Shown: positions 46,762 through 56,077, counted from the stretch's first letter. The stretch: 64,000 nt of DNA from an uncultured Synechococcaceae cyanobacterium (GCA_902537395.1 CACBBE010000002.1:3058-67057); one strand, 5' to 3'. The notes: generated by a model not told the origin, from the letters alone. Program-made: numbers and translations.

Positions 46762-47997
46762 ATGATGATTATGAAGAAATTATTATTTACATCATTAATT
46801 AGTTCAACAATTTTTTTTGGTGCAAATTCAGCAAAAGCCGATTGGGATTATTGGGCAGTAAAAACTCCACCCAAGGGAGATGGGAATGGAGATGGAATAG
46901 CAGATACAAATTTTTGGGATTTATATACAATAAATAGCTCAAGAGAATCTGCGACATTTATTAAAAGATTCTGTATGAATGACAATGAAAGTTGTGCAAC
47001 AAATTTTGGCTATCCTATTTGGAATAAAGTGGATTATTCAATAAATGATAAAAATCATTCTATAGATAAAAACACTATTATTCTTAAGGTGAAAGATGCT
47101 GATTCCGGTACTTATAAGCAATATAAATATTCTTTAAGTGGAGGCACTTTTAGTAGGGGAGAGGAAGTAACAGTTTCTCCTACTGATGAGACTTTAGGCA
47201 TAGCACCTGAAGAAGTAGCACAGTGGTATGATAGCTACTCTTACTATGGAAATAGAGAAAATAACGCGATTATAAGAGAGTACGGTAATGTCAACGCAAG
47301 ATTTGGGGAAACAATAATAAGTCAAGAAGGGGTAATTATTGACGGGGATCCACTTATTACTAAAAAAGACAATGGAGAAATTCATATTGGTAAAAATTCA
47401 TTAATAACCAAAGAGGAGGATGGAGTGCAGAAACTTTATGCTCAAGATGAAAATGGTAATGCAATAAATATCGATGTAAGTAAAGGAACTAAATTATTAA
47501 TAAACGGAAGAGATGTGGAGCAATCAATTAATAATGTTGGAGCATTGAGTGCTGCCTTAACAGGTTTACCAACGGTTCCTTCTGATACAACCCTTGCTTG
47601 TGGTTTAGGAACTGGAACTCATGGAGGTGATTTTGCTTTTTCGGGTGGGTGCGCTTCTAGGTTAAATGAAAAACTCTCAATTAACTATGCTGCATCGACG
47701 ATAATGCCAGGGCAAGATTATGTAGGTGATTTTGAAGATACTTTTTCTGCGAGGGCTGGGTTTGTATGGAAGTTAGGAAAATCTATAAAACCCACTCAGA
47801 TTTCAATCAACCAGAAAAAAGATATGGATCTAAAAATATCTAAACTTGAAAAAAATAATGAAGAATTAAAGACTAAGAATAATGAAATCATTTCTCAAAA
47901 TGCAAAACTTCTTGAAAGATTAGAGAAATTAGAAAATATTGCTTTTAAGTTTCAAACAAATGCGGAAATTAAGTTATCAAAAGAATTCCAAGAATAA
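46762..47997 (+). CDS. Secreted YadA-like (trimeric autotransporter anchor) surface protein with a C-terminal coiled-coil tail
   Basis: Signal peptide MKKLLF...AKA|DW (start may be 46771). Anchor-like VEQSINNVGALSAALTGLP..LACGLGTGTHGGDFAFSGG..RLNEKLSINYAAS..ARAGFVWKLG at 47515-47778, followed by heptad repeats. Confidence 0.72.
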   Translation: MMIMKKLLFTSLISSTIFFGANSAKADWDYWAVKTPPKGDGNGDGIADTNFWDLYTINSSRESATFIKRFCMNDNESCATNFGYPIWNKVDYSINDKNHSIDKNTIILKVKDADSGTYKQYKYSLSGGTFSRGEEVTVSPTDETLGIAPEEVAQWYDSYSYYGNRENNAIIREYGNVNARFGETIISQEGVIIDGDPLITKKDNGEIHIGKNSLITKEEDGVQKLYAQDENGNAINIDVSKGTKLLINGRDVEQSINNVGALSAALTGLPTVPSDTTLACGLGTGTHGGDFAFSGGCASRLNEKLSINYAASTIMPGQDYVGDFEDTFSARAGFVWKLGKSIKPTQISINQKKDMDLKISKLEKNNEELKTKNNEIISQNAKLLERLEKLENIAFKFQTNAEIKLSKEFQE

Positions 47998-48144
47998 ATG
48001 AATTTGGGATTTTCACTCCTCAGACCGAGCTAGATATATGTTGGATAATCCTACCAATGTGGATAGTTTATAAATTAAGAAAGAGAATGAGTTTTCACCT
48101 AATCCCTATATATGCTGTACTTAATATATTCATAATTCGGTTTG

Positions 48145-48184
48145 TTTTAAAGTCCGGCGCGTCTACCAATTTTGCCATACTCCC
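48145..48184 (-). pseudogene. Decayed 5' half of tRNA-Leu(UAA)
   Basis: GGGAGTATGGCAAAATTGGTAGACGCGCCGGACTTTAAAA: G7A, G12A, G13A and one extra base in the anticodon loop; no 3' half follows. Confidence 0.9.
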
Positions 48185-48259
48185 AAAAGAATTAGCGCTT
48201 TCTAAGCGTAGCTGAAATTAACCCATTCAACAAAGAAAAATTGGAATATTTAGACTTTT
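48150..48259. repeat. Direct repeat copy B
   Basis: About 88% identical to 46553-46662; ends 24 bp from the pyrC stop codon. Confidence 0.95.
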
Positions 48260-48283
48260 AATTGTCAGATTAGATAAAATTTT

Positions 48284-49333
48284 TTAATTTACTATTCCTT
48301 CTACTTGCCATTGTAAAGTTTCACCTGCATGAAATGGTTTTATTTGTCCGACAATATTTTTTCCTTCAACAACATCAATATATTCTTTAATTTTGTTAGG
48401 TCTAGAAACTAATTTTAATTTTTCTTTATTTGGTGGGACATTATAAAAATTAGGGCCATTCAAACTTGCAAACTTTTCAAAATTATCTAGAGCATCCTCC
48501 TCTTCGAAAACTGTTAAGTAGCTTTCTATTGCTACTGGTGAATTAAAAATGCCTGCACATCCACAAAAAGCCTTCCACTTCCTAAGGTGTGGAGCAGAGT
48601 CAGTCCCCAAGAAAAAACATTTTTTCCCACTTGTTGCTGCTCTCCTCAAAGCGAGTCTATTATTTTCCCTCTTAGCAACTGGTAAGCAGTAAAAATCACT
48701 ATTTAAGCCTCCAAAAAACATTGCATTTCTATTTATATGCAAATGATGGGGAGTAATAGTTGCCCCAATATTATTTTCTTGCACAAAATCCACTGCGTAA
48801 GAGGTGGTTATATGTTCAAGAACGATTTTTAATTTTGGGAATCTTTTAGTTATTTGAGAGAGTTCTTTATCTATGAAAACTTCTTCTCTATCGAATACAT
48901 CTACTTCAGAATCAGTCACTTCCCCATGAATTAAAAGAGGCATTCCAGAATCTTGCATTAATTCAAAGATCTTATAAAGATTTTCTATTTTCCTGACTCC
49001 ATGACTGGAATTTGTTGTGGCATTAGCAGGATATAATTTTGCCGCAAAAAAAACATTATTTTTAAAACCACTAATTAGTTCCCCTTTATCAGTGTCATCT
49101 GTAAGATAAATTGTCATTAATGGTTCAAACTTAGAACTTTCTGGTAACGCTTCAACAATAGATTCCCTGTAAGAAATAGCGCTATTTACTGATGTTATGG
49201 GACTTTTAGTATTTGGCATAACAATGGCTCTTCCAAAATATTTCGAAGTAAACTGAATGATATTTTTTAATACAAGACCTTCTCTTAAATGTAAATGCCA
49301 ATCATCAGGTTTTATTATGTTTAAAGTCTTCAA
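48284..49333 (-). CDS. pyrC: Dihydroorotase (homodimeric type)
   Basis: PDDWHLHLR, MPN, KLYPANATTNS, EHIT, CLPVAK, LGTDSAPH. Confidence 0.97.
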   Translation of the reverse strand: MKTLNIIKPDDWHLHLREGLVLKNIIQFTSKYFGRAIVMPNTKSPITSVNSAISYRESIVEALPESSKFEPLMTIYLTDDTDKGELISGFKNNVFFAAKLYPANATTNSSHGVRKIENLYKIFELMQDSGMPLLIHGEVTDSEVDVFDREEVFIDKELSQITKRFPKLKIVLEHITTSYAVDFVQENNIGATITPHHLHINRNAMFFGGLNSDFYCLPVAKRENNRLALRRAATSGKKCFFLGTDSAPHLRKWKAFCGCAGIFNSPVAIESYLTVFEEEDALDNFEKFASLNGPNFYNVPPNKEKLKLVSRPNKIKEYIDVVEGKNIVGQIKPFHAGETLQWQVEGIVN

Positions 49334-49451
49334 AATTTTTTCGATTTAATCAATTTTAACAGCAAATTAAAATTGACAATAAATTATAGATATTCGAGGA
49401 TAGTTATTAACCAATTATGAAAGTTTTTATTATCTAAATTAAATCCTAAAT

Positions 49452-50531
49452 ATGAGTGATTTTTTATTTCCAATAATTGAAATAATTTTAGGCGTAGTTC
49501 TACTTTTTGCTGGAGGAGAGTTCTTTATTCAAGGAGCCATATTTTTATCTTTAATTTTAGGAATACCTCAAATAGTAATTGGTTTGACAGTTGTTTCTCT
49601 TGGAACAAGCTCTCCTGAGTTGTTGGTAAGTTTGAGTTCAATTTTAAAAGGCAGTGATTCGCTTGCGGCAAGCAATGTAATTGGAAGCAATATTTTTAAT
49701 GTTCTCGTTGTTTTGGGCATAAGCTCATTGATAACACCTCTTAAAGTAAAAAGCAGAATAGTCAGAAGAGATGTGCCTCTTTTAATGGCAATTTCTTGTG
49801 CAGTATGGGCTATGTCATCCACAGGCTTATTAACATTGCAAGCAGGGGTATTTCTAATATTTTGTTTAATCTTAAATACAATATGGGAAATCAATACCAT
49901 CAATGAGAAAGCGGAGGAGACAAAAGATGCTGAACCAGAGATAGAAGAATTAAAAGATAACTATAAAGGGATAGTGAATATTTTACTAAAGTTAATATTG
50001 GGAATATTTCTTTTAAGCTTTGGTTCAAATATTTTAGTAAATGGTTCTCAAACGCTCGCTACTCTTTTGGGTGTAAATGAAATTGTTATTGGTTTAACTA
50101 TCGTCGCAACTGGGACATCTTTGCCAGAATTAGTAACTTCAATAATTGCTGCATTTAAAGGCAAAACAGATCTTGCGATTGGGAATGTAATAGGAAGTAA
50201 TTTACTCAATCAACTTTTAATCCTTGGAAGTTGCAGTATTTTTTCAGGATTTAAAGGTTTAGTAATTGAACAGAGTCTAATAAAAGTTGACTTACCTTTT
50301 ATGGTTTTAACTACCTTTGCATGCTTACCAATTTTCTGGAGCAAAGGGAAAATCACAAGAATTGAAGGATTTATTTTGCTTAATCTTTATATTTTCTACA
50401 TTCTCGATAAGATACTTTTCCTGAATGAATTTAACTTCCTTTCTGAATTAAGGATAGGTTTATTTATTTACTTTGCATTACTTATAGTATTTCTGATTAT
50501 TCAAGAAAAATTAAAATTTTCTAATTCATAA
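49452..50531 (+). CDS. Ca2+/Na+ antiporter (CaCA, YrbG-like)
   Basis: Two alpha repeats: GTSSPEL..NVIGSN and GTSLPEL..GNVIGSN. Confidence 0.92.
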   Translation: MSDFLFPIIEIILGVVLLFAGGEFFIQGAIFLSLILGIPQIVIGLTVVSLGTSSPELLVSLSSILKGSDSLAASNVIGSNIFNVLVVLGISSLITPLKVKSRIVRRDVPLLMAISCAVWAMSSTGLLTLQAGVFLIFCLILNTIWEINTINEKAEETKDAEPEIEELKDNYKGIVNILLKLILGIFLLSFGSNILVNGSQTLATLLGVNEIVIGLTIVATGTSLPELVTSIIAAFKGKTDLAIGNVIGSNLLNQLLILGSCSIFSGFKGLVIEQSLIKVDLPFMVLTTFACLPIFWSKGKITRIEGFILLNLYIFYILDKILFLNEFNFLSELRIGLFIYFALLIVFLIIQEKLKFSNS

Positions 50532-50533
50532 TT

Positions 50534-51898
50534 TTATCCATACATAGTCACAAATTCTTCTGAGATAGTTGGGTGCAAAGCCATAGTAATATCAAAGTCT
50601 TTTTTTGTTATCCCTGCATTTAATGAAATTGATACCATTTGAATAATTTCAGACGATGTTTCTCCAAACATATGACATCCTAGGACTTTGTCAGTTAGCT
50701 TATGAACTACAATCTTCAACATACATTTTGATTTATTCTTTTTAAAGGTATTAGACATAGGGGTAAATTTGCATTTGAAAATTTTTATATTTTTCTCAAA
50801 GTAAATTTCTTTAGCTCTTTTCTCACTTAAGCCAACTGTTGAAATTTCTGGAATAGTAAAAACGGCCTTAGGGATATATTCATAATTTACATTTCTTTTT
50901 TGGTCATTAAAAAAATTATCCGAAAAAACTCTCCCTTGTTCTATTGCTACTGGAGTTAAGTTTGGCTTATTTATGATATCGCCAACTGCAAAAATATTTG
51001 CGTTGCTTGTTTGATTAAGTTCATCGACATCTAAATATTGGCCATCCATCTTTAGATTTAAAAAATCCAAATTTAAAGGCAAAAGATTTGGTTCTCTTCC
51101 TGTAGCAATAAGGATATTATTAGTTAGGATTTTATCTCCCGAGTCTAGGTTAGATTCCAGATTTCCATTTACTTTCTTGATAGACTTTAATTGAGTATTG
51201 GATATTATATTAATTTCAGTAAAAGTAGGTGATTCCTCTAGGCATGAAGAAAGATCCTCATCAAAACCATTAAGTAAATGTTGACCTCTAATTAATTGAG
51301 TTACTTCAGTACCTAAATTTCTGAAAATAGAAGCAAATTCACAAGCAATATATCCACCTCCTACTATTAATATAGATTTGGGAAACTTTTCTAATTCAAA
51401 AATATCATCACTAGTCCATGCCAAATCTACCCCAGGAATATTTAATTTCTTTGGTTTACCTCCAACTGAAATAAGAATTTTTTTTGAACTTATTTTGTTT
51501 GTAATTTTCTTTGTGTTTGAACAAATAATTTCTAATTCATTTTGAGTAATAAATCTCCCTAAGCCTTCAAAAATAGTTATATTCAACTTCTTTAAAGAAT
51601 TTCTATGTAAATTACTTAATCTAGAAACCTCCTCTCGAACATTCTTCAACAAAATATTTGATTCAAAACTAATACCTTCATTTTTCAATCCATATCCTTC
51701 AGAAGAATCCATATTTTTTTTACTTTTGGCTGCATAAACCATTAATTTCTTAGGTACACAGCCCCTTATCACACAAGTTCCTCCTATTTGATTTGCTTCT
51801 ATGATTGCGACTTTGGCTCCATAACTAGCAGCACGTTTAGCCGCCGCGAGTCCTCCAGATCCAGCGCCAACAACAATTAAATCAAATTCAAATTTCAA
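50534..51898 (-). CDS. gor: Glutathione reductase
   Basis: GAGSGG, GGTCVIRGCVPKK, GGGYIA.E, LTPVAI, HPTISEE. Confidence 0.96.
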   Translation of the reverse strand: MKFEFDLIVVGAGSGGLAAAKRAASYGAKVAIIEANQIGGTCVIRGCVPKKLMVYAAKSKKNMDSSEGYGLKNEGISFESNILLKNVREEVSRLSNLHRNSLKKLNITIFEGLGRFITQNELEIICSNTKKITNKISSKKILISVGGKPKKLNIPGVDLAWTSDDIFELEKFPKSILIVGGGYIACEFASIFRNLGTEVTQLIRGQHLLNGFDEDLSSCLEESPTFTEINIISNTQLKSIKKVNGNLESNLDSGDKILTNNILIATGREPNLLPLNLDFLNLKMDGQYLDVDELNQTSNANIFAVGDIINKPNLTPVAIEQGRVFSDNFFNDQKRNVNYEYIPKAVFTIPEISTVGLSEKRAKEIYFEKNIKIFKCKFTPMSNTFKKNKSKCMLKIVVHKLTDKVLGCHMFGETSSEIIQMVSISLNAGITKKDFDITMALHPTISEEFVTMYG

Positions 51899-51950
51899 GA
51901 CTTTTTTTAATCAATTACTATAACGTTAGTTTATAGCTTTAATTCAAACA

Positions 51951-53183
51951 ATGAATGGGATTTTGACATGGGATGATTTAAAAAAATTTGAAGTTGAAGA
52001 TCTTGATAGAGTCCATGGTATAAATAATTCCTACGCAAATTTAAGATTATTTGGACATAGTGAAAATGATGTATTAGTTACCTTCTATAGGGATAGGCAT
52101 TCTTGGTGTCCATACTGTCAGAAGATATGGTTATGGCTCGAATTTAAGAAAATTCCATACAGAGTCAAGAAAGTAAATATGTTTTGCTACGGCCAAAAAG
52201 AAAGTTGGTTCCTTGAAAAAGTTAGATCGGGTAAATTACCTGCAATTGAATTTAAAGGGCAAGTTATAACTGAAAGCGACGATATCATAGCTTTTTTAGA
52301 AAATAAATTTGGAGCACTTGGATCTTTTATAACATCTAGTCACCTTATCAAAACTCGAGAATTAGAAAGAGAAATTTTCAGATCCTGGTGTAATTGGCTC
52401 TGCCGAGAAAGCTTTAATTTTATAGATAACTCTTTTAGAAAAAAAAGATTTAAAGAATCCATTTCTAAACTCGATGAAATCTTAAGAAGCTCAAAATCAG
52501 GTTTTATTGATCCATCAGTTTCTAACACGGGTGATATTGAGCCTGGTGTTGGAGATATAATTTTTATTCCCTATATGGAGAGAATGAATGCGTCACTTAT
52601 TTATTATAAAGGGTTTAATTTAAGATCTAATTACCGTCATATAGATAACTGGCTTACCCTTTTTGAGGGTGCAAGTGCTTATAGAGGCACTCAAGGAGAT
52701 TTTCATACTCATTCTCATGATTTACCCCCACAAATGGGGGGATGCTATAAAGAAAGCAATGAACAACAGATTACTTTCTCTAAGCTAATAGATACTGGGG
52801 AGGGTTTAGGTAATTTTGAATTAAACCAAAATTATGAGTCAAAATACTATGCAATAATTGCTCTTAAAAGAGTGATAAAGCATAAAGACAATTTACTAAA
52901 GGTAAACCCATACAATGAAGAATCCTTTGACGAATCATTGAGATCAGCTTTGAGCTATATGATCACAGGTGAAGTATTAATCCCTAAAAAACTTTCAGGA
53001 ATCTCTCTAAGATACTTAAAAAATAGAATCTCAGTTCCAAGAGATATGCCAATTATTTCAGCAAGGTTATTAAGGCAATCATTAAATAAAATTGAATCGC
53101 TCAGTGATATCAATGAAATAGACAAGATACCTTCCAGGCATAGATATGATCAAGATCCTATAAATTTTATTTCTAGTTATTAG
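51951..53183 (+). CDS. Glutathione S-transferase family protein (CPYC type)
   Basis: WCPYCQK, SGKLPA, TESDDI, HSHDLPPQMGG. Confidence 0.88.
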   Translation: MNGILTWDDLKKFEVEDLDRVHGINNSYANLRLFGHSENDVLVTFYRDRHSWCPYCQKIWLWLEFKKIPYRVKKVNMFCYGQKESWFLEKVRSGKLPAIEFKGQVITESDDIIAFLENKFGALGSFITSSHLIKTRELEREIFRSWCNWLCRESFNFIDNSFRKKRFKESISKLDEILRSSKSGFIDPSVSNTGDIEPGVGDIIFIPYMERMNASLIYYKGFNLRSNYRHIDNWLTLFEGASAYRGTQGDFHTHSHDLPPQMGGCYKESNEQQITFSKLIDTGEGLGNFELNQNYESKYYAIIALKRVIKHKDNLLKVNPYNEESFDESLRSALSYMITGEVLIPKKLSGISLRYLKNRISVPRDMPIISARLLRQSLNKIESLSDINEIDKIPSRHRYDQDPINFISSY

Positions 53184-53188
53184 TAAAA

Positions 53189-54583
53189 CTATAAATTTTT
53201 TCTTGAATCTATTTGAAGTAAATCTCTTATTTTTTGAACTTGACTTGCAATATTTGGATCAATAGATAATTTTTTTTCAACTTGTTCAATAGCATACATA
53301 ACTGTTGTATGGTCCTTACCACCAAACTCATCTCCAATTCTTGGTAGGCTTAGATCCGTACTATGCCTCATAAGATACATACCTATTTGTCTAGCTTGGC
53401 TTACTGGTTTTCTCCTACTTGAACTGATCAATTCATCAGTAGAAACTTTAAAGAAATCTGAAACTTTATTAATAACTTGTTTTGGAGTAACAACTACTCC
53501 AACACTATTAGGATCAAGCATTGGAGCAATTGATTGAACTGTCATTGGCAAGCCTGTTATTGATGCGAATGCAACAGCTCTAGTAAATGCTCCTTCCAAT
53601 TCTCGAATATTAGAAGTGAATCTTCCTGCTATAAATTGAATTAAATCTCTTGGAAGACTCATCCTCTCTTGTTCTGCCTTTTTTTGAAGGATGGCTGTCC
53701 TCGTCTCAAGGTCAGGTGGTTGAATATCTGCGGTCATACCCATTGAGAACCTAGAAATTAATCTCTCTTGAATTCCCGATAATTGACTTGGTGGTCTGTC
53801 ACTTGCAATAACTATTTGACTTCCTGATTCGTGAAGTGCGTTAAAAGTATGAAAGAATTCTTCCTGTGTATACTCTTTGCCTTCTAAGAACTGTATATCA
53901 TCTATTAAAATCAAATCTACATTTCTATATTTATCTCGAATAGCTGTCATTCCATCTCTTCGAATACCACTAATGACATCATTTGTAAAAGTCTCTGTAG
54001 ATACATATTTAACTTTTGCTTCCGGATCTATTTCTACTCGATAATGACCTATTGCTTGCATTAAATGAGTCTTACCAAGACCTACTCCTCCACAAATAAA
54101 TAATGGATTGAATTCTCTCCCAGGAGATTCGGCAACGGCTAAAGCTGCCGCATGAGCCAACCTACTATTTGGACCTACAACAAATCTTTTAAATACGTAG
54201 CGTAAATTTAAACCATTAGGATTTTTGAATTGATTTTTTGAAGAATTATTTTGGTTATTACTAGACAAAGATCTTGCTTTATGATGAACGTTCTGTTCGT
54301 TAGGTTTATCTTCATTTGTTAAATCGCTGCTTGTATTCGTTTCAGATTTAAAAACAACTTTTACATCATGACCGCAGATTTCCTTTGCAGCTTTTTCAAT
54401 AGTTTCACAATAGTTCTTTCTCAACCAATCACTAGAAAATGTATTTGGGGCGATTAAAGTTAATAAGCCATTTTCAAAACAATTAAATTTAGCAGGCCTT
54501 ATCCATGTCTCAAATGAAGGCTTACTTAAAGTTTTTTGGAGTGATTGTTGAACTTCCGCCCAAATAGGATTAGTTGCTTGCAA
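53189..54583 (-). CDS. dnaA: Chromosomal replication initiator
   Basis: [49 protein letters not shown]. Confidence 0.98.
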   Translation of the reverse strand: MQATNPIWAEVQQSLQKTLSKPSFETWIRPAKFNCFENGLLTLIAPNTFSSDWLRKNYCETIEKAAKEICGHDVKVVFKSETNTSSDLTNEDKPNEQNVHHKARSLSSNNQNNSSKNQFKNPNGLNLRYVFKRFVVGPNSRLAHAAALAVAESPGREFNPLFICGGVGLGKTHLMQAIGHYRVEIDPEAKVKYVSTETFTNDVISGIRRDGMTAIRDKYRNVDLILIDDIQFLEGKEYTQEEFFHTFNALHESGSQIVIASDRPPSQLSGIQERLISRFSMGMTADIQPPDLETRTAILQKKAEQERMSLPRDLIQFIAGRFTSNIRELEGAFTRAVAFASITGLPMTVQSIAPMLDPNSVGVVVTPKQVINKVSDFFKVSTDELISSSRRKPVSQARQIGMYLMRHSTDLSLPRIGDEFGGKDHTTVMYAIEQVEKKLSIDPNIASQVQKIRDLLQIDSRKNL

Positions 54584-54752
54584 AGTTTTATTCTCTAGAT
54601 TATTAATCTAGTTGGAATTTAATAATTGGCCATTATCAAATCACAAGATCACGACAAATTTAAAATTATTTAACAAAGTATCGACTAAATTTATAAAAAT
54701 AAATTTTATATTTTTTAATAGGCATATAATTATTTTAAGTTTCAATAAATTA

Positions 54753-55388
54753 TTGGATAAAGCATTACTTATTATCATGGCGAAATGGCATGGTTTTGGA
54801 AGATGCAAAACACGATTATCAAAAGATATAGGTAAAAGTAATTCGGCGAAAGTACAAAGTGTAATGACCAAACATACAATTTCGGTCGCAAAATTTCTTC
54901 AAGAAAATAAACTGCTTGATATTTCTATTGCCATTACTGGTTTGGGAGTAGAAAATTGTAGAAAATGGTCTAGAGAATTAGGCATCACAAAATTTAATTT
55001 GCAGGGGAAAGGCTGCTTGGGAGAAAAAATGAAACGGCAAATCATTATCAACAAAAAATTTTGTGCAAGACATAAGATCAAAAATATTATTTTTATTGGT
55101 ACTGACCTTCCAGACTTATGCCATCAAGATTTATTAAATACTCTGAAAGAGCTTCAACATAATGATCTTATTTTAGGACCATCTAACGATGGAGGATATT
55201 GGCTTATTGGTTTATCAGAGAAAATAATGTTGTCACATACATATTTACCTTTTATAAACATAAAGTGGGGGACAGAAAATGTTCTTCAAAATACGATTGA
55301 TAATTTTGCTTCAAAAAAATTAAAATATAAGTTTTTAGATAAAAAAATTGATATAGATACAATTATTGATATTGAAAATAGAAAGTAA
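54753..55388 (+). CDS. TIGR04282/DUF2064-type (CofC-like) transferase, arsenosugar-biosynthesis-associated family
   Basis: AK....G.CKTRL, QG.G.LG.KM, IGTDLP, LGPSNDGGYWLIG, DIDT; in-frame TTG at 54753 preferred over 54612. Confidence 0.8.
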   Translation: MDKALLIIMAKWHGFGRCKTRLSKDIGKSNSAKVQSVMTKHTISVAKFLQENKLLDISIAITGLGVENCRKWSRELGITKFNLQGKGCLGEKMKRQIIINKKFCARHKIKNIIFIGTDLPDLCHQDLLNTLKELQHNDLILGPSNDGGYWLIGLSEKIMLSHTYLPFINIKWGTENVLQNTIDNFASKKLKYKFLDKKIDIDTIIDIENRK

Positions 55389-55393
55389 TCGAC

Positions 55394-56077
55394 TTGTCAA
55401 AAATTTCAATTATCATACCAACTATTAATGAAGCTAGTAATTTGCCATTATTGCTTTCAGACTTATCAAGTATTCAGAAAGAGGGCGAAATCATAATTGT
55501 TGATTCTGGAAGTAAAGATAAAACTATCGATGTAGCAAATATTTATGGAGCGAAAGTATTTATATCTAAAGAAAGGAATCGAGGTTTACAATTAGATATT
55601 GGAGCTAAAAATTCAAAAGGAGAGTGGCTCATATTTTTACATGCAGACACAAGATTAACTCATGATTGGTTTAAAAAAATAAATTCATTTTTAAAGGGAA
55701 ATAAGAATAGTATTTACTATTTTGAATTCAAAATTAATCACAAAAAGATAATTTATAGAGTTCTCGAAATCCTCGTGAATTTTAGAAGTAAATTTTTTAA
55801 ACAACCGTATGGTGATCAGGGTTTGATTATTCATAGAACTACCTACTTTAAGAATAATGGTTTTAGAAAAATACCTTTGATGGAAGATGTTGATTTTTTA
55901 AGGAGATTAAACAAAAAAAAAGATTTAAAACAATTAAATTTACCTATTTTTATAAGTTCAAGAAAATGGGAAAGAACTAATATTTTTCTCCAAGCAATTA
56001 GGAACTGGCAGTTTAGAAGAAGATGGTTAAAAGGCGAATCGTTACGATCTATATATTCTGAGTACTACAAAAAATAA
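55394..56077 (+). CDS. TIGR04283-type family 2 glycosyltransferase
   Basis: SIIIPTINE, VDSGS.D.T, FLHAD, PYGDQG, PLMED, SSRKW. Confidence 0.85.
   Translation: MSKISIIIPTINEASNLPLLLSDLSSIQKEGEIIIVDSGSKDKTIDVANIYGAKVFISKERNRGLQLDIGAKNSKGEWLIFLHADTRLTHDWFKKINSFLKGNKNSIYYFEFKINHKKIIYRVLEILVNFRSKFFKQPYGDQGLIIHRTTYFKNNGFRKIPLMEDVDFLRRLNKKKDLKQLNLPIFISSRKWERTNIFLQAIRNWQFRRRWLKGESLRSIYSEYYKK

Larger units (their letters stand above)
46553..48259. mobile_element. Non-autonomous single-gene genomic islet at tRNA-Leu(UAA), repeat offset 1597 bp
   Basis: One non-housekeeping gene between direct repeats that begin at the anticodon loop; no recombinase inside. Confidence 0.7.

Noticed and set aside
46811-46818. 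T8 run in the adhesin signal-peptide region as a phase-variation tract
   Set aside because: A/T runs of 8-9 occur in many core genes here, so it is not distinctive.
46553-48259. Calling the islet a prophage, IS or complete tycheposon
   Set aside because: No integrase, transposase, replication or capsid gene and no terminal inverted repeats are visible.
54612-54752. N-terminal extension of the TIGR04282-type ORF
   Set aside because: Low-complexity translation of the AT-rich divergent promoter region; family-like sequence starts near 54753.
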